From Lama glama (lineage: Eukaryota): a DNA stretch of 64,000 nt. The DNA lies in contig CM052824.1 in assembly GCA_028534125.1 (NCBI GenBank), positions 33,046,001 through 33,110,000 on the forward strand, given 5' to 3'. Position 1 is the stretch's first letter, and each line of letters starts with the position of its first letter. Below are positions 58,201 through 64,000 of this stretch, in pieces. The position numbers were made by a program, and so were the translations under genes. The notes under the pieces were generated by a model. The model did no database searches and was not told where the DNA came from. It saw nothing but the letters and a program-made list of their open reading frames with translations.

Positions 58201-60808
58201 CAGGGGCTCCAGGGACCTCGGAAGGTGGAGCCGTGGAGCCTGGCGCGCAGCTGTACACGGTAGCGAGAGCGTGGGCGCAGCTCCAGGGTCTCTCCCTGGG
58301 CCCCGAGAGCCGTCTCCAGCACCTGCACAGAGGAGAAGCGAGCGGGTGGTCAGGCTCCAAGTGCCGGTGGGCTAGCGTCGGGGCCTCGAGCCTGGCGCCA
58401 GACCCAAATCCAATCCCTTTGAATTCCTAGGGGTCCCCCCAAAGAGCCTCACGGGCAGAAACACGCATCCTGGCGGAAACTGACTGGAGAGAACACCCCA
58501 GAGAGTCTTGCCCTGACTGCGGCCTTGCCCTGCCCGGCCCGAAAGCCGCGACACACTGACTCATCTACACACAGCACTACTCATCCTGACACATATGACT
58601 CCAGTACACCTGCAGGGACTCTGGTGCACACACCCTGACCAGGATGCACAGACATCCTGCCAGAAGCGCGCACCAGAACTCCAAGTCCAGCGATGGAAAC
58701 CCCAGACACGGTCAGATACTGAGAGCCACGTGGACCAGTCCACAAATAACATGCATTCAACAGGGTTTCCCGCATTATGCTAGGTGCTGGGGGTACGAGG
58801 ATAGATTCCATGTAGAGGGAACAAGCATCGTGTGTACAGGCAGGGAGACGTTATTAACCAGTTAGCAAACATTTATGAGCTGCTTGTGATATGCTAAGCT
58901 TTGGACTAGGCGCTGGGGAAAAAGATAAGTGAAACATGGTCTCATGTGCCCAATGAGGACGATGTCCAAACAAGTAATAGTTACCAGGAGTAATTAGCAC
59001 GGTAACAGTGACATAAGTAATGCACCACGGGGGCACCAAGAAGCATGTAATGCTACCTTAGGTGCCTGATGGGGGGTTACAGAGTAGTCCTGTGTCCTCA
59101 GAGCATGGGTGGGCAGGCTGGATGCTCAGAGATGAGGCAGAGGCAGTGGTAGTAGGGATTTGAGGCCTGTTAGGACAATAAACTCAACTTATTTGTTGAT
59201 GAATAGGGGGAAGGGACAAGGGAAAAGGGAGAAGAGTCAAGGATGACTCCCGGCTTGAGTAACTGGAGGAGTGTTGGTGACATTGTCAGAGATAGGGAAC
59301 AGAGGAGAAGGAAGTTTGAGGAAAAAATACTGAATGGATCTATTTTATTAAGTTCTACAACAGTGAAAACTTATCAGTGGTAAAGTGAGAATAGTTGTCA
59401 CCTTGGATGGGGTGTGTGTGACTGTAGGGGCATGTGGCACTTCTGGGGTGCTAGAAATCACCTATAATTTGATTTGGGTAATGATTCCATGGGTGTATAC
59501 ACACATACAGATGAATCAACTGTATGTTTAAGATTTGTGTACTTTATGTAACTTGTATCTCAACTTAAAAAGAAGTTTGGGAAGGAAAATGAGTTCAATT
59601 TTGGATACATTGAGTCTGAAATGCCCTGGGAGGGGTGCTTTTAGGTAGAGCTGTCTGGTAAGAAGTGGTACATACATGTAGTAAGTGAGAATAAAAGTAG
59701 AGAAAAAAATGAATATTTAACTAATGCATAGTGGGTACCTTCTATTGGCCAGGCAGTATGCTGGATATTGATGTATTTAATTTTTACTATACCTCTGGAA
59801 AGTAGATATCTTTATCACCAGTGAGGAAACTGAGACTTCAGAAGTCTAGGTAATTTGCCTATGGTATAGAAGTTCCTTTCCATATGGGTATGGGAATGGT
59901 AAGTTTGGGATGGTTAATATATAACTGTTGAAACCGTGGAGTTGAAGCATTTGCCTAAGGAGAGCATCCATACATTTATTTAGAGGAGAAAAGAGCCAAA
60001 GGTGGGGCCGTAGGAAGCACAACATATTAAGTAAGGGTGGAAAAGGTGGAGCCAGGGAAGAGTGAGGAGATTCTGTCAGAGAAGTGGTATGAGTATCAGG
60101 AGAGACTATATCCCAAAAACAAAGGGAAGAGAAAATTTGAAATAGGAGTAGTCAGCAATGTCAATGACAAAGAGAGATTAAGATATTAGTTGAATCAGAT
60201 AAGCCTAGATAAACAAGCACAGACATAGATACGCAGACACCTTCACTGCTGATAACAGACATGGTGAAACTCAGGAATACCCTGAGTGTGTGGTCTGCGA
60301 ACGTTTGTTTCTTGACTGTACCTTCCAGTCCTGATGGCCTTCTCCTGAGTATCGAAGCTGATAGCAGGTCTCTTGGGCTGCCCAGGACGATGGATGCTGC
60401 CATTCCAATTCCAGCTGCCCGCTAGAGACCTCCCTCCAGTGCAAATTTGGAGTGGGAATGAGCACTACAGGGACGTCAGCAGGGACTGGCCTAAGCCCTT
60501 CTGTGCATGAGACATCATGTCACCAGGGCCATGGGTCAGACATGTCGGAGCTGGTGATTCCGGGCATGGGGTCAGATGGGGTAGGGGTGGGAACTATGTG
60601 GGAGGAGAGGGGAAGCAAGTTCTTACCAGCCTGGTGGATCCAGAAAGGGGAGCCCAGGTAGCTGTGAACAGCACCCTGGGCTGTGGTCACCTCCACAAGG
60701 ATGTGAATGACACTGTCATTTCGTGACTTGAAGTGGCAGCGGGAGAACCGGGAGGGCTGTGATCCTGGAATTTTCTCCTCCTCTTCACACTTCTCCCAGA
60801 TGGGGTCC
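55235..60808 (-). CDS. MPL: Thrombopoietin receptor, exons 7-12 (5' exons beyond right edge)
   Basis: Exons 60808-60627, 60464-60322, 58322-58163 (WSPWS motif), 57945-57849 (TM helix, RWQFP), 55809-55722 (Box1 WPSLPDL), 55522-55235 (Box2 LEIL, DYR, NHSY, TAG). Introns are GT-AG and phases are consistent. Confidence 0.97.
56035..56400 (+). mobile_element. L2 3' end
   Basis: CCTCAGGGCCTTTGCACTTG…CTGCTCAAATGTCA…TAGGTGCTCAAGAAATTAGTTGAATGAA. Confidence 0.7.
57700..58560. promoter_or_regulatory. Intragenic CpG island over MPL exons 9-10
   Basis: Abrupt CpG enrichment with GC boxes (CCCCGCCC, several copies) in introns 8-10. Confidence 0.6.
59370..59570 (+). mobile_element. L1M 3'-end fragment
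   Basis: AATAGTTGTCACCTTGG…TTCTGGGGTGCTAGAAAT…GATTTGGGTAATG…TTAAGATTTGTGTACTTTA. Confidence 0.55.
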
Positions 60809-63129
60809 CTAAGAATCAGCCCCATATAGTCACTGAATAGGGCCTGCCTCAGAGATGAAGGCTGACATGCCTATCCCACAGGGGCTTTGGGCTGCTTGGA
60901 TTATAATCTAACTCCTCCCTTGGAGGGGCCTCCAGGATTTCTCTGTGTCTTCATGCCATGATGTTTTGTTTTCTAAGCTTTGCTTTGGTGTCCAGACTCT
61001 TCCTCTTAAGAAAAGAGCTGGAAGATATGTGAAAATAGCATGGTCTATAGAATTCAGGTCTTGGCTTCTTGGTGTATAACTCTGGGCAGATTACTTGACT
61101 TATCTCTGCCCCATTTCTGTCATTTATTTATTTCCTTCATCTTTCTGGGGGAAAATATCCTTATATTTTTAACCTATTCTCATTAGGCAGCCGTCTTAGT
61201 CACCTCTACATGGTATTTTACTAATAGGTAATTACGAAAACCTCCTAACTGGCTTTTCTGCCTCTGTTTTTGCCACTCTCTTCAATTTGTTCTCCATGCG
61301 GCAACCAGAATTTAGATCCAAAGTGTTGATCTGATAATGTGAAATATATGACAAATCTGTCCATTAATTTTGATCTTTACCCCCAGAACATTAGGTGAAA
61401 CCATTACCTGTTGCTTGAATTAAGGCACATTTCTAACTGGTGATCCTGCTTCTATTCTTACTTCTTTCTAATTGCACTGAGAAACATCTTTTTAAAATGT
61501 AAATCATATCATGTAACTCTTTTGCTTAAAATCCTTCAGTGGCTCCCCATCCCACTTGGAATAAAATCCAAACTCCATAGTATGGATTAGTTCCTCCCTA
61601 CCTCTCCACTCTCACCTCCTACAATCCTCACACCAGTTTGCCACCTTTCATCCACCGGGACCTTCTCTCTCGGCTGCAAATACACCAGATGCACTGTCTT
61701 TGCACTTCAGTTTGCCCTGGACTGCCCTGCCTCCAGATCTCACGTGACTCACTCCTTCTCAGCTCACCTGTCACCTACTTGGCAAGGCTTTCCCTCTCTA
61801 CTCAGTCTAAATTAGCACCTGCCCCCCATCCTCTCAATCTCTGTCATATAACCTTGTTCCTTGATTTCTTTTCTTGTTTGTCTCCTCTTCTCTCCCTCCC
61901 CCAACTAAAACGTAAGCCCCCCGAATGCTGAAAGGTTTTCTGTTTTGTCACTCTAGCCCCAGTGCCTGGAACATAGTCACCTTCAATCATTGTTTACAGA
62001 ACAAATAAGTCATGTTTCCTTCCTGATTATAACACCTAAATGGCTAGCTCTGACTAGAATTATTTATCACTTTATGTATTTATATGTTTACTAATTTATT
62101 CTATGTGCCAGGCACTGTGATAAGCCCTGTGAAGACATAGAGGAATAATTTTCAAGGAGCTCTCATTTCAGTGGGAAAGGCAGAAAAATGAACAGATGGT
62201 ATTCTCCTGTGATGAGCACAGGCTGGCTTGGGAGTATCAAGGAGGACCATCTAATTCAGACGGGGAGGGTCCGAGGATATTTCCTGTAGAAGGCAGTGCT
62301 TAGACTGAGTCTTGGACTGGAAATAGGATAGGCGAAGGGGACAAACAGGCATCCCCAGCGCGGGCTTGTGCACAGGTAGGAGACATGGTGCTTTGGGGGA
62401 AACTCCAAGTTATGCAGAATGCTTTTAGCATAGAGGGCCTGGTGGTGAGTGGAAGATGTGAGACAGCAGACTAAGGTCATAGATGGCCTGTGGCCTTTCT
62501 AAGGAGCTTGAATTTAATCTTGTAGTAATGGTGGAGACATTGAAGGATTTTAAACAAGGAATTGTCATAATTAGCTTTGTACTTTAGGAAGGCCACTGTA
62601 ACTGCAGTTTCTAGGGAAGGATTTGTCAGGGGACTAGAAGCAGAGAAATTTATTGGGACAGTGTTATGGTTTTTCACGTGCAAAGTGATGGGGATCTGAA
62701 AGTAGGGGCAGAGGGAATTTGATGGATTCAAGGGATACTGAAGCAGTAGAAATGACAAGTGTTTCTGACTGGACCTGGCAGGTGTAGAAATGGCAGAAGT
62801 CCAGGACGGAAGAGCGGAGTTGATGGTAGGATGGACAATAGGAGGAGGAGCAGGTTTGGGCAGAGGAAATGATGAGGTCAGTTTTGCCTCCCCTTAGTCT
62901 GTTCACGGCACCTCCATACTATGAAAATCTGTGCAGTTATTATAAAGAATGAGTTACAACTTTTTATAATGATCTCCAAGAAATATTTTTAAGTAAAAAA
63001 GTAAGGTAAGAAATCATATATGTAGTGTGATCCACTTTATACTGAAAGCTAAATGTTGTGTATAGACATACGTGAACACATGGAAACACTGGAAGAATAC
63101 ATTAAAACTATTCATAGCAGTTTTTTCAT

Positions 63130-63950
63130 TATCCATTCATTCAACAGTTTTTTACTGAGCACCTACTATGTTCCAGGCAGTGTGGTAGGTGAGAATACAC
63201 TAGTGAGTGAAAATAGACACTGACTTTGCCCTCATGGATTGTGTATAGTCAAGATCAGCCTTTTACGGCTGGAGCTCTGAGCGAGAATTTTCTTATCAAT
63301 AAAATAACCACATAAAGTATAAATGTGAAATTGTAACTATGATAACTATTTAAGAAGGAGAAGTACATGGTACAGCAAGGTTGTATAATAGTGCCATTGG
63401 ACCTAAGGAGGAGGGTCAGGGGAGGGTTCCTTAGGAGGTGACATCTGAGTTGAGATCTGAAGGACAAGTAGAAGTTAAGTAAAGACAGGAGAGCTGGATA
63501 AACAGCGTGTGTAAAGACCCAGAGGCAGAAGAGGAATATGTCAATTAGGAGGGGACCAATGAATGCCAGTATCGGAGCACAGAGCACGAAAGGCAGCATG
63601 GTATAAGATGAAGCTGAAGGCAAGGATAGGAGCTGAGTCTTCTAGAACTCTATATGGCTACAATAGAGTTATTTCCTTTGTCCAAGGACCAGTGGAAGCT
63701 ATGGATCTTGGAAGAATTTTAAACAAGGAATGTTTATTTTTGCACTTTTAAAAGATCCCTCTGGCTTCTATGTGGAGAATGTTTTGGAGGATTCAAGAGG
63801 TGGTCTTCTCAGTAGCCTAAGTGAAAAATGATGATGGCTTGTACTGGCCTAATGGCAGTGATGAACAGAGTAGGCAGATTCTAGAGATATTTAATAAGTA
63901 AAATCAACAGAACTAGGTCATAGATTGGATATGGGCATATCAGCGAGGTG
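63130..63950 (-). mobile_element. L2 3' region, reverse orientation
   Basis: CATTCATTCAACAG..TTTACTGAGCACCTACTATGTTCCAGGCA…TTTAAAAGATCCCTCTGGCT. Confidence 0.7.
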
Positions 63951-64000
63951 TTTGGTAGAAATTCTTGAAGACCAGGTGATGTTTTCATTGGATCCGATAG

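Overview
Mammalian (non-primate, probably camelid) genomic DNA orthologous to the human 1p34.2 block. In order, it holds SZT2 (minus strand, coding exons 1-19, running off the left edge), MED8 (plus, complete, head-to-head with SZT2 across a ~180 bp CpG-island promoter), ELOVL1 (plus, complete), CDC20 (minus, complete, tail-to-tail with ELOVL1) and MPL (minus, exons 7-12, 5' part beyond the right edge). I traced the exon boundaries by hand. All visible introns are GT-AG and the frames join to give MED8 268 aa, ELOVL1 279 aa and CDC20 499 aa. Three N-gaps are present; two hide most of SZT2 exon 4 and CDC20 exon 10. Interspersed repeats include five young tRNA-derived SINEs (vic-1-like, no Alu), MIR, L2, L1M, MER5/33/44/58 and a nested MLT1-in-LTR33 pair with intact target-site duplications (TSDs). 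The best leads are: (1) colinear remnants of a decayed mucin/SEA/EGF/TM gene between MED8 and ELOVL1, a candidate unannotated unitary pseudogene; (2) an MPL C-terminus that has lost the YWQQ motif and stop codon but gained a new YxxQ in an extended tail; (3) an in-frame upstream ATG that could extend ELOVL1 by 35 aa; (4) a miR-6734-like mirtron hairpin; (5) short, locally copied sequence fragments in SZT2 and CDC20 introns. Comparisons with other species come from my recollection of known sequences, not from database searches.
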